A DNA stretch of 64,000 bases. Source: an uncultured Ignavibacteriaceae bacterium. Its GTDB lineage: Bacteria > Bacteroidota > Ignavibacteria > UBA10030. Both the position numbers and the translations under genes were made by a program. Under the pieces are notes generated by a model. That model had not been told where the DNA came from. It made no database searches and saw nothing but the letters and a program-made list of their open reading frames with translations. Location of the stretch: NCBI GenBank assembly GCA_964473365.1, contig CAYYOV010000014.1, forward strand, positions 137 to 64,136, given 5' to 3'. Shown piece after piece: positions 28,295 through 37,474 of this stretch. How positions within the stretch are numbered: position 1 is the first letter of the stretch; each line of letters begins with the position of its first letter.

Positions 28295-28714
28295 TCATGG
28301 ATACCGCTCACGAAGGCGTCTGACCGATCGCCGAACCAGCTCCCCGAGGACCTTAAGATCGACTCCGTCGAGCGTCTTGAGATACAGACATCCGCCGCCG
28401 ACCTTGTGCTTGCCGAGCTTCGTGAGCAATGTCTTGTCAGCTTCCAGGCCTCCCATGAGATACACCGTCAGCGCACCCTTGCGAGGCGACAGACCTGCCA
28501 GCATCCAGTCCCCTTCGCGTCCGCTGGCATAGGTATAATGATACGAACCGAAACCGATGATGCTCGGGCCCCACATCGCAGGACGCTCCCCTGTGACCTT
28601 TCGCATGATCGCGATCAACGACTGCGTGTCCTTCCGCTGCTGCGTGTCCTTGACGGACTTGACGAACTCCGTGACGCTGCGTTTCGTCCGGATGGTCTTC
28701 AGTTCGGTCGGCAT
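28295..28714 (-). CDS. DUF1801 (YdhG-like) domain protein
   Basis: Pattern VTEFVKSV....IMRKVTGERPAMWGPSIIGFGSYHYTYASGREGDW...SPRKGALTVYL. Confidence 0.8.
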   Translation of the reverse strand: MPTELKTIRTKRSVTEFVKSVKDTQQRKDTQSLIAIMRKVTGERPAMWGPSIIGFGSYHYTYASGREGDWMLAGLSPRKGALTVYLMGGLEADKTLLTKLGKHKVGGGCLYLKTLDGVDLKVLGELVRRSVRRLRERYP

Positions 28715-28846
28715 GGGGAGGACGGGAGTTGGAGGAGAGAGTGATCGCAGGGAAGATGCGAGACCTACGGGAGGATGTCAAGGGGCGTGCCGAAGCAGAC
28801 CGAAAACGTAGCGTCGCGTGACGAGCCACCATGTCACACCAACGAC

Positions 28847-28884
28847 AACGCCGCGTCGGGACGTGAGGTCTTCGACGCGGCGTT
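28847..28884 (-). terminator. Stem-loop downstream of the beta-barrel protein gene
   Basis: Perfect 12-bp stem AACGCCGCGTCG / CGACGCGGCGTT with a 14-nt loop, 60 nt after the stop at 28944. The U-tract is weak. Confidence 0.5.
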
Positions 28885-28943
28885 CAGGTTCCGAGCAAGG
28901 TGTACGCCGGACTGGATCAGCCCTTCAAATCGGTCACAGCGGG

Positions 28944-29834
28944 TCAGAACCCGATGCCCAGCGTGAACAGCACGACATCCTGCTTCTGTTCGCTCTCGCC
29001 GGACGTCGACGTGCCCGGGGTCGAGGTGCTCTGTTCATACTTCGGTTTTGCGGCCAGATAACGGACCATGAAGGTCAACCCTCCCGCCGATTGGAGGCCG
29101 ATACGGCCGCCGAACGCCGGGGCATTGCCCTTTAGAGGATCCTGCGAGAATTGCATGCCCAGATAGTCGATCGAAACCTTCGGTGATGTGGAGATCATAT
29201 ACCCGAAATCGCCGGCGATGAAAAATCGCACACCCGTGGACGTGCTTCCGAATCCGAGCGAGATGGATGGGACGATCATGTTCCAGGAACCGATGTCGGC
29301 AGAGATCCCGGTCGTGCCGCCGAACATCTTGAGCAACGCATCTTCATCGACCTTGTTCATGATGTAGGACCCGCCGATGGCAAAGTAGATGCCGCCGGAA
29401 GAGATGTGCGAGTACTCCATACCGGCCACAAACCCGAATTTCGCCATGCCCCCTTCAGGGTCGTCCGTTTTCGCAAATGGCCCCGTTGGCATCGCTCCGC
29501 CCGCGACAAACGAGAAGAATCCCGACGCGCGTTCAGGTTCTGCGGCGTTGGTCTCTGCCGCTATCGCAGGAGGCGGCACTCCTTCCTTCGTGATCCGCTC
29601 GACCTCGCTCATTTGAAAGACGAAGATGCTTCCGTCGGCGGTCTGGATCTTGACCGTCTTGTCGGGGATCTGTTCGAGGACGGCCCCCTTGATCACGCTG
29701 CCGTTCTTCAAGTACACCACATCGCGCTGCGTGATCTGTGCGATGATCGATGTGGTGAGAAGCACTACCAAAGCGGAAAGCAGCAAAGCACGCGACACGA
29801 TGGCGATTCTCACGTCGTACTCCTTTGGATGCAC
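28944..29834 (-). CDS. Putative outer-membrane beta-barrel protein with an N-terminal soluble domain
   Basis: Signal-like ALLLSALVVLLTTSIIAQ. The C-terminal half has alternating hydrophobic strands and a terminal ...LFTLGIGF. GTG start. Confidence 0.65.
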   Translation of the reverse strand: MHPKEYDVRIAIVSRALLLSALVVLLTTSIIAQITQRDVVYLKNGSVIKGAVLEQIPDKTVKIQTADGSIFVFQMSEVERITKEGVPPPAIAAETNAAEPERASGFFSFVAGGAMPTGPFAKTDDPEGGMAKFGFVAGMEYSHISSGGIYFAIGGSYIMNKVDEDALLKMFGGTTGISADIGSWNMIVPSISLGFGSTSTGVRFFIAGDFGYMISTSPKVSIDYLGMQFSQDPLKGNAPAFGGRIGLQSAGGLTFMVRYLAAKPKYEQSTSTPGTSTSGESEQKQDVVLFTLGIGF

Positions 29835-30039
29835 AAGAGTGGTGATCTGAACGCGTACCCTAATCTACCACCTTGAAAAGACAATCGTAATCGAAATTCG
29901 TACGAGCGAGGATCGAAACCCTCTCACTTCTGAGAATGAGATCGTCTCCACATGGACCTCGCCAAGAGACTCCCACGATTTGCACCCAGGACGGCTCCAC
30001 GGAGTTGTGGCATGATGATCCTGTCCGGATGTCGGGCCT

Positions 30040-30327
30040 TCACTTCTTGGGCTTGTTGCGACCGTCGGGTCGTGTGAATCGGACCTCGACCGGTTTCTCG
30101 AGGTTCTCGATCGACTCACCGATGTCATCGACACGCTTGCGGAGGACCGCCCGGGCATCCCGAAGCCCCTGATTGTAGAAGAACGGACCTACCTCGTCGG
30201 CGAAAAAATTCAGGAGGTCTCCGGCCTCGAATTGTCCAAGCTCCAGGCCGAACTCCCTCGCGGCGAACGCCTGGATCTTCTGGATGATCGCATCTTTGTC
30301 GGGCTTGGCGAAGTTTACCAGTGGCAT
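30040..30327 (-). CDS. DUF2164 family protein
   Basis: The pattern IQKIQAFAAREFGLELGQFEAGDLLNFFADEVGPFFYNQGLRDA matches my recollection of DUF2164. Confidence 0.7.
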   Translation of the reverse strand: MPLVNFAKPDKDAIIQKIQAFAAREFGLELGQFEAGDLLNFFADEVGPFFYNQGLRDARAVLRKRVDDIGESIENLEKPVEVRFTRPDGRNKPKK

Positions 30328-30392
30328 ATGGCATGCAGGGGTGGCGAGTGAATGTGGATACTCGGCGTCGTCGCAGGTGCTGAGGAAGATGA

Positions 30393-31292
30393 CTATGGTT
30401 GGCCGACAGCGTCCCAGACGGCCCGGGCGACCGAGGCGATCACCCCTTCGCGCGCGGCCTCTGAAGCCCGAGAGTCTGAAACGAAGACCACGACGACGAG
30501 TCGCCGTCCGTCAGGCCGCACGATGATGCCCGCGTCGTTCGTGGCCGCCGCGATCCCGTGACGATCAACGCCCGATGTGCCGGTCTTGTGGGCGACGACG
30601 GTACCCGGCGGAAGGGCCCCTCTGAGCCGCTTCGGTCCGCCCGGGCTTTGTGACATGATGCTCCAAAGATAGGAACGAAGATCTTCGGAAAAGATGTCGC
30701 GCTCCGCGAATACTCGCAGGAGACGCGCCATTGCGATGGGCGTACTGAAATTTCGGTACTGGACTTCGCTGGAGGCGTGCATCTCCTCTTCCGTCGCCAC
30801 GATAGCCATTCCGTCGATGCCAAGTCCGCGTACGTAGCGGTCCACCGTGGCCGGTCCGCCGAGTTGCCACAGTAGAATGTCGCAGCCATTGTTGTCGCTG
30901 AGTGCAACCGTGGTTGCAAGAATGGAATCGAGCGTGAGATCGACGTTCCCAGCCGGGTGGGCGTCGCGGAGTGGGCTCCAGGTGTCGGGCAAGAGGTCTG
31001 ACGCCGTGACATGCACGACCTGCGACAACGAGAGCGCTCCGCGTTCTACCTGGTCAAGCACTGCCAGGGCGATGGGGAATTTGTACACGCTCTGCATCGG
31101 AAATCGGCGGTCGCCGTTGAACGTGAGCGTGTCGCCCGTCGCGAGGTCGATCGCCGCGACTCCCACCGTCCCGTCGATGGATCGGGCGACATGCTCGATC
31201 GGCCCCCGAGCGCGTGACAGTTGCGCCTCGACCGGCCGGAAGAACACGACCGACATGAGGCATGACAGGAGCGTGTATGTGGTTCTGGACAT
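30393..31292 (-). CDS. Class A (serine) beta-lactamase
   Basis: Signal peptide. S-x-x-K (QSVYK), SDN (LSDNN) and KTG (HKTGTSG) occur in canonical order and spacing. Confidence 0.9.
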   Translation of the reverse strand: MSRTTYTLLSCLMSVVFFRPVEAQLSRARGPIEHVARSIDGTVGVAAIDLATGDTLTFNGDRRFPMQSVYKFPIALAVLDQVERGALSLSQVVHVTASDLLPDTWSPLRDAHPAGNVDLTLDSILATTVALSDNNGCDILLWQLGGPATVDRYVRGLGIDGMAIVATEEEMHASSEVQYRNFSTPIAMARLLRVFAERDIFSEDLRSYLWSIMSQSPGGPKRLRGALPPGTVVAHKTGTSGVDRHGIAAATNDAGIIVRPDGRRLVVVVFVSDSRASEAAREGVIASVARAVWDAVGQP

Positions 31293-31449
31293 GGCCGAAC
31301 GCTTTCGGGTATGATACCCAACCTCCGGAAAATTTCATTCTCCGGCAATTGGCGGCTGAGGGTCTCGTCATGCTGCCGGGGGGTCCCCGCTCGATCGGAG
31401 AGCATGGCTTCTTCAAAAAAATCCCCGCAAGTTCTGGCAGAGGAGACCT

Positions 31450-32112
31450 ATGATTCTCGAGATCGCTATTGATTCGCTGTCCGACGGCCTTGCCGCTGCG
31501 TCTGCAGGCGCTGACCGGTTGGAAGTCTGCGCTAGCCTGGGCGAAGGGGGTCTGTCGCCCTCCCTTGAGTTGGTCCGCTCATTGGCTGCTCAGACCCGAG
31601 TACCGCTCTTTGTGATGATCCGTCCCCGGGGTGGAGACTTTGCGTACTCACATGCGGAATGTGGAGTGATGGAGCGTCACATCGACGAGGTCAAAGAGGC
31701 TGGAGCACATGGGATCGTGCTCGGTCTCCTCACACCGGAACATGCTGTCGACCTTGAACGGACTGCCGCCTTTGTGAAGCGTTCAGCCCCGTTGCCTGTG
31801 ACGTTCCATCGGGCCTTCGATCGGTGTCACGACCTTCCAGCGACCGCGCAACGTCTGTCGGACATCGGTGTGCGCCGCATTCTTACGTCGGGGGGCGCGG
31901 CGTCTGCGGAACTCGGGATGGCGATGCTGAAGGAACTTCATCAACAGGTAGGGAGGAGCATCGGCATTCTGCCGGGTGGAGGCGTCAGACCGGCGAACAT
32001 CCGGCGTCTCATCGAATCGACGGGAGTTGCAGAGATCCACTCTGCGGCGCGCGATGCAGCAGGGTTGTTCGATCCGGAGATCGTGCGCCGCATGAAAGGA
32101 GCGATCGAATGA
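31450..32112 (+). CDS. cutC: Copper homeostasis protein CutC
   Basis: CutC-like TIM-barrel pattern LEIAIDSL..A..GADRLEVCASL.EGGLSPS ... HRAFD. Confidence 0.85.
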   Translation: MILEIAIDSLSDGLAAASAGADRLEVCASLGEGGLSPSLELVRSLAAQTRVPLFVMIRPRGGDFAYSHAECGVMERHIDEVKEAGAHGIVLGLLTPEHAVDLERTAAFVKRSAPLPVTFHRAFDRCHDLPATAQRLSDIGVRRILTSGGAASAELGMAMLKELHQQVGRSIGILPGGGVRPANIRRLIESTGVAEIHSAARDAAGLFDPEIVRRMKGAIE

Positions 32113-32130
32113 TCATCCGCTCGTGTCCGC

Positions 32131-32898
32131 TTACCTCGGCTTCATCGAGAACGCCGCCATCTTTCGGGCCAGGATCCGGGGGAAGGCGCCAATGAACCAT
32201 CCGTTCAGCTTGTTGAACCATCCGGGGACCACGACCGCCCGTCCCCGCATCATCCCGTCCCACGCGGCCTCGGCCACCGGACGGCTCTCCATCGATAGAT
32301 AGCGATCCAGGATCGACCGGCCTGTATTGGCGGTTGCCTGGAATCCCGTCGCAGTCGCACCAGGGCAGGCTGCGGTGACCGTCACACCTGTGCCCCGCAA
32401 TTCCTCGTGCAGTGCCTCGCTCAGCGAGAGGATGTATGCCTTCGTGGCAGCATAGACCCCGAATGTTGGGGCGGGTTGGAATGCAGCCGTCGAAGCGAAG
32501 TTGAGGATCCTTCCCGAGCGTCGAGCGACCATCCCCGACAGGACCACGTGGGTCAACTCGCTGAGCGAGACAATATTCACCTGCAGCATCGAGGCGTACA
32601 GGCCCCACGGTTGCGAGGCGAAGGGGGCGTAGTTACCGAAGCCGGCGCAATTCACGAGAATGTCGATCGGACCGATCGATTGGGTCTTCCGAAATACCTC
32701 GGCGGCACTGCCTGGACGGCTGAGGTCTGTCGGGAGCACGTGGGCCCGTCCGCCGGTCTCGCGGAGCTCGGCAGCGAGGGAATTCAGTTTGTCAGTGGTG
32801 CGTGCCACCAGCACGACGTCGTAGCCGTGGCGTACAGCGATGTGGGCCAGGTCGCGGCCCAGGCCGGAAGAGGCGCCTGTGATGAGAGCGAGAGGCAT
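32131..32898 (-). CDS. Short-chain dehydrogenase/reductase (SDR)
   Basis: TGASSGLG cofactor motif, NxAG, catalytic YAATKAY. Confidence 0.9.
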   Translation of the reverse strand: MPLALITGASSGLGRDLAHIAVRHGYDVVLVARTTDKLNSLAAELRETGGRAHVLPTDLSRPGSAAEVFRKTQSIGPIDILVNCAGFGNYAPFASQPWGLYASMLQVNIVSLSELTHVVLSGMVARRSGRILNFASTAAFQPAPTFGVYAATKAYILSLSEALHEELRGTGVTVTAACPGATATGFQATANTGRSILDRYLSMESRPVAEAAWDGMMRGRAVVVPGWFNKLNGWFIGAFPRILARKMAAFSMKPR

Positions 32899-32907
32899 GG
32901 GGGAGAG

Positions 32908-33026
32908 GAAAGATGAAAGATAGAAGATGGAAGATGGAAGATGGAAGATTGAAGATGAAAGATGGAAGATTGAAGATGAAAGATGAAAGATGAAAGAGTG
33001 AAGATGTAAGATGTGAGAATGAAGAC
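32908..33026. repeat. 17 tandem copies of a degenerate heptanucleotide ([G/T][G/A]AAGAT on + strand; ATCTT[C/T][C/A] on the SDR sense strand)
   Basis: Counted directly: GAAAGAT GAAAGAT AGAAGAT GGAAGAT GGAAGAT GGAAGAT TGAAGAT GAAAGAT GGAAGAT TGAAGAT GAAAGAT GAAAGAT GAAAGAG TGAAGAT GTAAGAT GTGAGAA TGAAGAC. The array starts 10 nt upstream of the SDR ATG. Confidence 0.9.
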
Positions 33027-33167
33027 GAAAAAGAGATTGATCGCAGATCGATCGTGTAGATGGAGAAATGCAGGGTAGGACAGGAGGAGCGATGACAAAG
33101 AAAGGCGGTGGAGCGTAGGTCCTGACGAGGGAAGCGGGTTCGATGGGAAGGGGGCAGCGCGACCGAT

Positions 33168-34877
33168 CTATGCCGGATCCCGTTTGATCACCAGTAGTGT
33201 CACGTCGTCCCGCATCGGCACGGGTCCAGCAAAATCGTGGATCTTCTTCTCGATCGCATCGGCCATCGCGACCGAATCGAGGTGACGGTTCTCCACGACG
33301 AACGCCTCAAGCCGCTTTTCGCCAAAGAGTTCGTTGTTCTCGTTGGCTGCTTCCGTGACGCCATCCGAAAAGACCACGACAAGGTCGCCGGGCTCCAGTT
33401 CGATGACATCCTCCTCGAAGAACAGGTCGTCAAGGATGCCGAGAACGGTCCCGCCGGCACTCAGTCGACGTACTGTGCCGTCGGGCTTTACGACGATCGG
33501 GTTCTCATGCCCCGCATTCGTGAAGACCATCCAGTGACGCTCGATATCCAGGATGCTGTAGAACAACGTGACGAACTTACCCTCTGCAATGCTTTGGCGA
33601 AGGAGCTTGTTCGTCCGGTGCATGATGCGGCGCGGCGTCGGTCCCACCATCCATTGACTGCGCAGAATGGCCTGGATGTTGGCCATGAGCAGTGCCGCCG
33701 ACAATCCCTTGCCCGTCACGTCGCCCAAGCACAGTGCAGTGCGGCGTTCGTTCATCGGGATGAAGTCGAAGTAGTCGCCTCCGACCCATTGCGCCGGCTT
33801 TGTCCGCCCGGTGATGTCGTAGCCCGGGATCCGGGGAGCTTCGTGCGGCAGGAGGCTCATCTGCACGTTCCGCGCGGCGTTCAGCTCCTTCTCCATGGCG
33901 ATGCTCTGCCGCTCGAGCGCATACAGCCGGGCATTCTCGAGCGCGATCGCGCCATGGACCGACAACGAAAGGATAAGGTCCAGGTCCTCTTTCGTGAAAA
34001 GCCCATCCCGCTTGTTGATGAGCTGAAGGACGCCGATGGTCCGATCGTCCTTGTTCCGGATCGGCACGCAGAGGATCGTCCGGGTGCGGTAGCCCGTCTT
34101 CGTATCAAAATCCGGGTTGAACCGGGGGTCCAGGTACGCGTCGTCGATGACGAGCGGCTCACCTGTCGAGCCGACATATCCGGCGATACCGCGTCCGAGC
34201 GGCAATCGGATCTCGACCAGGTCCGAGCCCTGAAGCACCTTCGACCAGAGTTCTTTCTTTGCCTCGTCGACCACATACACGGTTCCACCGTCGGCGTCGA
34301 CGATGTCGCGTGCGGTGTCAAGGATGATCTCCAGCAGGCGGTCGAGATGCAGCGTAGAATTGACGATGCGTGAAGCCTCGGAAAGGCGCCGCAATTTCTC
34401 GATCTCGAGCGAATGCTGGTCGCCAATGCGCTCCAATTGGCGGACAAAGTGCTGGCTCAAGCCGCGCAGCCGGACGCTCAGCACCTGAGCCAGACGCTGG
34501 GCGACCTCCGGCGACGACGCGATCAACGCCTCGAAGTCAGCCTTCGGCAACTCAGCGGTCACCGTCTCGTCGAGGGCGATCGCCGTCGACATCCGCGGAC
34601 GCCCGTCGAGGAGCTCCGACTCACCGAAGAAATCGCCGGCATGGAGCAACGAGAGCAAGATCTCTCCGCCAGCTGAGGTTCGCTTGCTCACCCACACCCG
34701 CCCCGAGAGGATGAGGAACAAGGCTTCATGCGGGTCATCGACACCGAGGATCGTGGAACCCTTGGCCCACTCGCGGCGGATGAGCGATGGACGCACCTGT
34801 TCGAAATCCTCGTCGCTGAGGGTTTCGAAGAACAGGTTCAGTCGGGTGGGATCAGGTGTCGACATGGATCGCAACAA
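33168..34877 (-). CDS. cNMP-binding + GAF + PP2C/SpoIIE-type serine phosphatase (RsbU-like)
   Basis: N-terminal cyclic-nucleotide-binding-like FGESELLDGRPRMSTAIA. A central GAF-like region. C-terminal PPM motifs GGDYFDF, LGDVTGKG, NAGHENP, VVVFSDGVTEA. Confidence 0.85.
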   Translation of the reverse strand: MLRSMSTPDPTRLNLFFETLSDEDFEQVRPSLIRREWAKGSTILGVDDPHEALFLILSGRVWVSKRTSAGGEILLSLLHAGDFFGESELLDGRPRMSTAIALDETVTAELPKADFEALIASSPEVAQRLAQVLSVRLRGLSQHFVRQLERIGDQHSLEIEKLRRLSEASRIVNSTLHLDRLLEIILDTARDIVDADGGTVYVVDEAKKELWSKVLQGSDLVEIRLPLGRGIAGYVGSTGEPLVIDDAYLDPRFNPDFDTKTGYRTRTILCVPIRNKDDRTIGVLQLINKRDGLFTKEDLDLILSLSVHGAIALENARLYALERQSIAMEKELNAARNVQMSLLPHEAPRIPGYDITGRTKPAQWVGGDYFDFIPMNERRTALCLGDVTGKGLSAALLMANIQAILRSQWMVGPTPRRIMHRTNKLLRQSIAEGKFVTLFYSILDIERHWMVFTNAGHENPIVVKPDGTVRRLSAGGTVLGILDDLFFEEDVIELEPGDLVVVFSDGVTEAANENNELFGEKRLEAFVVENRHLDSVAMADAIEKKIHDFAGPVPMRDDVTLLVIKRDPA

Positions 34878-34945
34878 TGATCAGAACTGGGTAGCGAGGC
34901 GTCAGAGGTAGGCGCGGTTTTGGGTGAACGTCACCGGCAGGTCGG

Positions 34946-35821
34946 TCATTCCTGCTCGTCCTGACGGGCGGAGAGGGGTGCGCGCATCTTCCTTCGCCAC
35001 ACGAGAAAACCGGTGATCGCTCCGGCGATCGCAAGCCCGGCGCCGAACTCCCCGATGAGATAGGCCGTCGGACCTGTGTCCACGGTTATGACGTCGAAGA
35101 ATCCCTGGATGAATGCGTTGTGGCTGGCGTGCAGAAATGCGCCCGTCCATAGACTGCCCGAAGCCAGCCGGAGCCACGTGAACGGGAAGCTGATGCCGAC
35201 CACCATGATGAAGAACATCGACGCTGAATACCACGAGGGCGTCGCGCCGGTATACTCGAGCAGGAAGATCGCAGGAAAATGCCAGAGCGCCCAGACCGTT
35301 CCGGTGACAAGCGTGGCCTTCGTCGGACCAAGAGCCGCGGCGAGCCGGGGGACAAGATAGCCCCGCCACCCGATTTCTTCCCCCGTGGCAGACAGACAGC
35401 TCTGCAGGAATCCGATGGTTCCCACCACGCCAAGCCAGACAACGACAGAGGTACCCGCAGGCAGCGCGCTCGCGATGCCGATCGATTGCAGGGCTCGCGC
35501 AATCCTGGCCGTGTCGGGCACGGACCCGAGTCCCGTGAGCCACACCGATCCGTATGCCACTCCCGCGTACGCCAGCGGCAACAGATAGGCGATCGCTTGG
35601 AACTTCGTCTTCCCCCATCCCCAACCCAGTCCGCGCAGTGACCGATGTTCGACGAACTGCAGGATCATGCCGGCGAGCCCCGGGCACCACATCACGGCAA
35701 GCACCCACAGTCCACCGTCGACGCGCATGCTCCCGGCTGACAGCATGACGCTGTATGGCACGGCGCTGAACACGAGCGTGAGAACCAGGAACATCGATGA
35801 TTGTCGTCCCGGATGCTTCAT
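34946..35821 (-). CDS. CPBP-family intramembrane glutamic endopeptidase (CAAX protease-like)
   Basis: Motifs EEIGWRGYL and FLHASHN in a polytopic membrane protein. Confidence 0.85.
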   Translation of the reverse strand: MKHPGRQSSMFLVLTLVFSAVPYSVMLSAGSMRVDGGLWVLAVMWCPGLAGMILQFVEHRSLRGLGWGWGKTKFQAIAYLLPLAYAGVAYGSVWLTGLGSVPDTARIARALQSIGIASALPAGTSVVVWLGVVGTIGFLQSCLSATGEEIGWRGYLVPRLAAALGPTKATLVTGTVWALWHFPAIFLLEYTGATPSWYSASMFFIMVVGISFPFTWLRLASGSLWTGAFLHASHNAFIQGFFDVITVDTGPTAYLIGEFGAGLAIAGAITGFLVWRRKMRAPLSARQDEQE

Positions 35822-35944
35822 CGAGCGAGCGGCGAGATCAACGCGTGTACGGAAATCAAGGTTGCCATTGCGTGGAGCCGACCGACGGATAAACTTGGGC
35901 AGGAAAGTGTGCGGAAGGACCGATCCGGAATCGCCGATGAACGG

Positions 35945-36490
35945 TCAGAAGAAACGCACCTGGCATTTTTTGCAGCGTTTGCCCGGCCAGGGAGAGATGC
36001 CCATGTATGACCCGCAGTTGGCGCATCTCCACATGACACGGTCGATGAGCACCATGCTCAGTACCATCAGGCCGATCAAACCGAAACTGATCGCGGGTCC
36101 GTTGATCTTATAGTTGGGGCCGAGTACGTATGCCGTCAAAGCTGTGGCGATGAAGAAGACAGAACGGAACAAGAAGTTGCCAAGCATGTTCTGCTTGGGC
36201 TTGGGGGCCGTTTTCTGGAGTTTCGGCGTGTAGCGGTTTCCGCCGAACTGACCTCCCGGCTTGACGGGCACTCCTGGGATGCGCCCCGGAGGCGCCGGCG
36301 TCGGACCCGTGGGACGACCTGTCGGTACTGAAGCAGGGGACCCCGGCGGACGGACAGCAGGACGAGGCGGAACGCCCGGCGGCCGAGGTGGGATCCCCGC
36401 GGGACGCGGCGGTACTCCTGCGGGACGCGGTGGCGTCATCCCTGGAGGACGGGGCGGTCCGGGAGGACGTTGTGGAGGAGGAAAGCCCAT
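35945..36490 (-). CDS. Pro-rich protein with a 2-TM segment and C-terminal zinc-ribbon (WRCxxC...CxxC)
   Basis: N-terminal PPRPAG(V/I)PPRP repeats, two TM helices, then MWRCANCGSYMGISPWPGKRCKKCQVRFF. It is paralogous to the modules of the next gene. Confidence 0.65.
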   Translation of the reverse strand: MGFPPPQRPPGPPRPPGMTPPRPAGVPPRPAGIPPRPPGVPPRPAVRPPGSPASVPTGRPTGPTPAPPGRIPGVPVKPGGQFGGNRYTPKLQKTAPKPKQNMLGNFLFRSVFFIATALTAYVLGPNYKINGPAISFGLIGLMVLSMVLIDRVMWRCANCGSYMGISPWPGKRCKKCQVRFF

Positions 36491-36669
36491 GAATGAACAA
36501 AGATTAGCAATCGCACGGCCAGAAGCAAGGAAAGGAAGAAGGGCTCCAGGTCCATTGAGGGGAAATGGATCGCGCGGCCCCGGAGAACGCGCCTTGCGAC
36601 GTGTCCTCGTAGGAGCGAGCGGGGGTTACGAGTTCGTAATGGTCTTCCGGTGGAACGGAATGCAAATGA

Positions 36670-37227
36670 TCAGAGAAGCTTTCCACCACACTTCGTACAC
36701 GATCGACCTGGCCAAAGAGTGCGTTTAAGGTAGCCGCCGCAATGCGGACATCTCCACCAACGCCACTCACCCCATCCACCCACAGCCATGAAGACGAGGG
36801 TCACGGCCCAGAATAGCATCGGATTGTGGTCCATTTCAGGGCCCCAGAAGGCGAAGATCGCAACGAGCGCCGCGCCGAAGAGGAACCGCAGAACAAGGAG
36901 GCCACCGACCCTGCGTTCGGGATTGGCGACCGCGACCGGTGTGGCGGCGCCGTCTGCGCGGTCGTGCCCAAAGAGGTGCGTTCCGCACGACTCGCAAAAG
37001 TCGGGCATGACAGAGTTGCCCGGGTATCGGTTGCAGGTCGGGCATCGCCACCATGCAGCGGTCACGACGGCGTACAGGGTTGTTGCTGAAGCAAAGATGA
37101 TGAGGCTGAGGTCGAGCTCCAGGCGGTTTGCCAGGAGGAGCAGGTTCGAGGTCAGGGCGATCGCGAGGAACGCGAGCCGGGCGGCAAAGATTCGGCGAAA
37201 GCGGGAAGGGAGCGGTGCGGCGGACAT
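36670..37227 (-). CDS. Membrane protein with two tandem [2-TM + WWRCPxC...CxxCG zinc-ribbon] modules
   Basis: WWRCPTCNRYPGNSVMPDFCESCGTHLF and WRWWRCPHCGGYLKRTLWPGRSCTKCGGKLL each follow a pair of hydrophobic helices. The gene starts 10 nt after the anti-sigma stop. Confidence 0.7.
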   Translation of the reverse strand: MSAAPLPSRFRRIFAARLAFLAIALTSNLLLLANRLELDLSLIIFASATTLYAVVTAAWWRCPTCNRYPGNSVMPDFCESCGTHLFGHDRADGAATPVAVANPERRVGGLLVLRFLFGAALVAIFAFWGPEMDHNPMLFWAVTLVFMAVGGWGEWRWWRCPHCGGYLKRTLWPGRSCTKCGGKLL

Positions 37228-37237
37228 GGTGTCCGTC

Positions 37238-37474
37238 CTACTTCAGGTTCAGAATGGCCATCAGTTTGCGGTGAGCCTTTGGTGACAGGTGCGGCGTCGG
37301 CTCGACACGGTAGAGGTGTACGGTCTTCTTGACGCTGTCAAGGTAGGCGTAGCAGTTCGGGCAGTCGTGGATGTGCTTCCGGATCTCCCGGCATCGCGGC
37401 GAGTCGAGCTGACTGTCGAGGTTGTCGCAGATGTGCTTCGCGACTTCGTCACATTTGACCAGGCGTTTCTTCAT
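37238..37474 (-). CDS. Soluble zinc-binding anti-sigma factor (ZAS, RsrA-like)
   Basis: H-x3-C-x2-C motif (KHIHDCPNC) plus upstream Cys residues. No TM segment. The start overlaps the sigma gene stop. Confidence 0.8.
   Translation of the reverse strand: MKKRLVKCDEVAKHICDNLDSQLDSPRCREIRKHIHDCPNCYAYLDSVKKTVHLYRVEPTPHLSPKAHRKLMAILNLK

Noticed and set aside
32908-33026. Possible CRISPR array or minisatellite-encoded peptide
   Set aside because: The period is 7 nt with no spacers, and no cas genes occur in the window. This is a simple tandem repeat, not a CRISPR array.
32784-33098. 104-aa minus-strand ORF with SSIFHLQ repeats
   Set aside because: It is generated purely by reading the 7-nt tandem array in frame (3 units = 21 nt = 7 aa). 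It overlaps the SDR start region and has no start context or plausible fold.
33115-33150. tRNA-like T-arm motif (GCGGGTTCGATGGGAAG)
   Set aside because: No acceptor stem, anticodon arm or CCA-proximal pairing can be built around it. It sits in the short gap 3' of the phosphatase gene.
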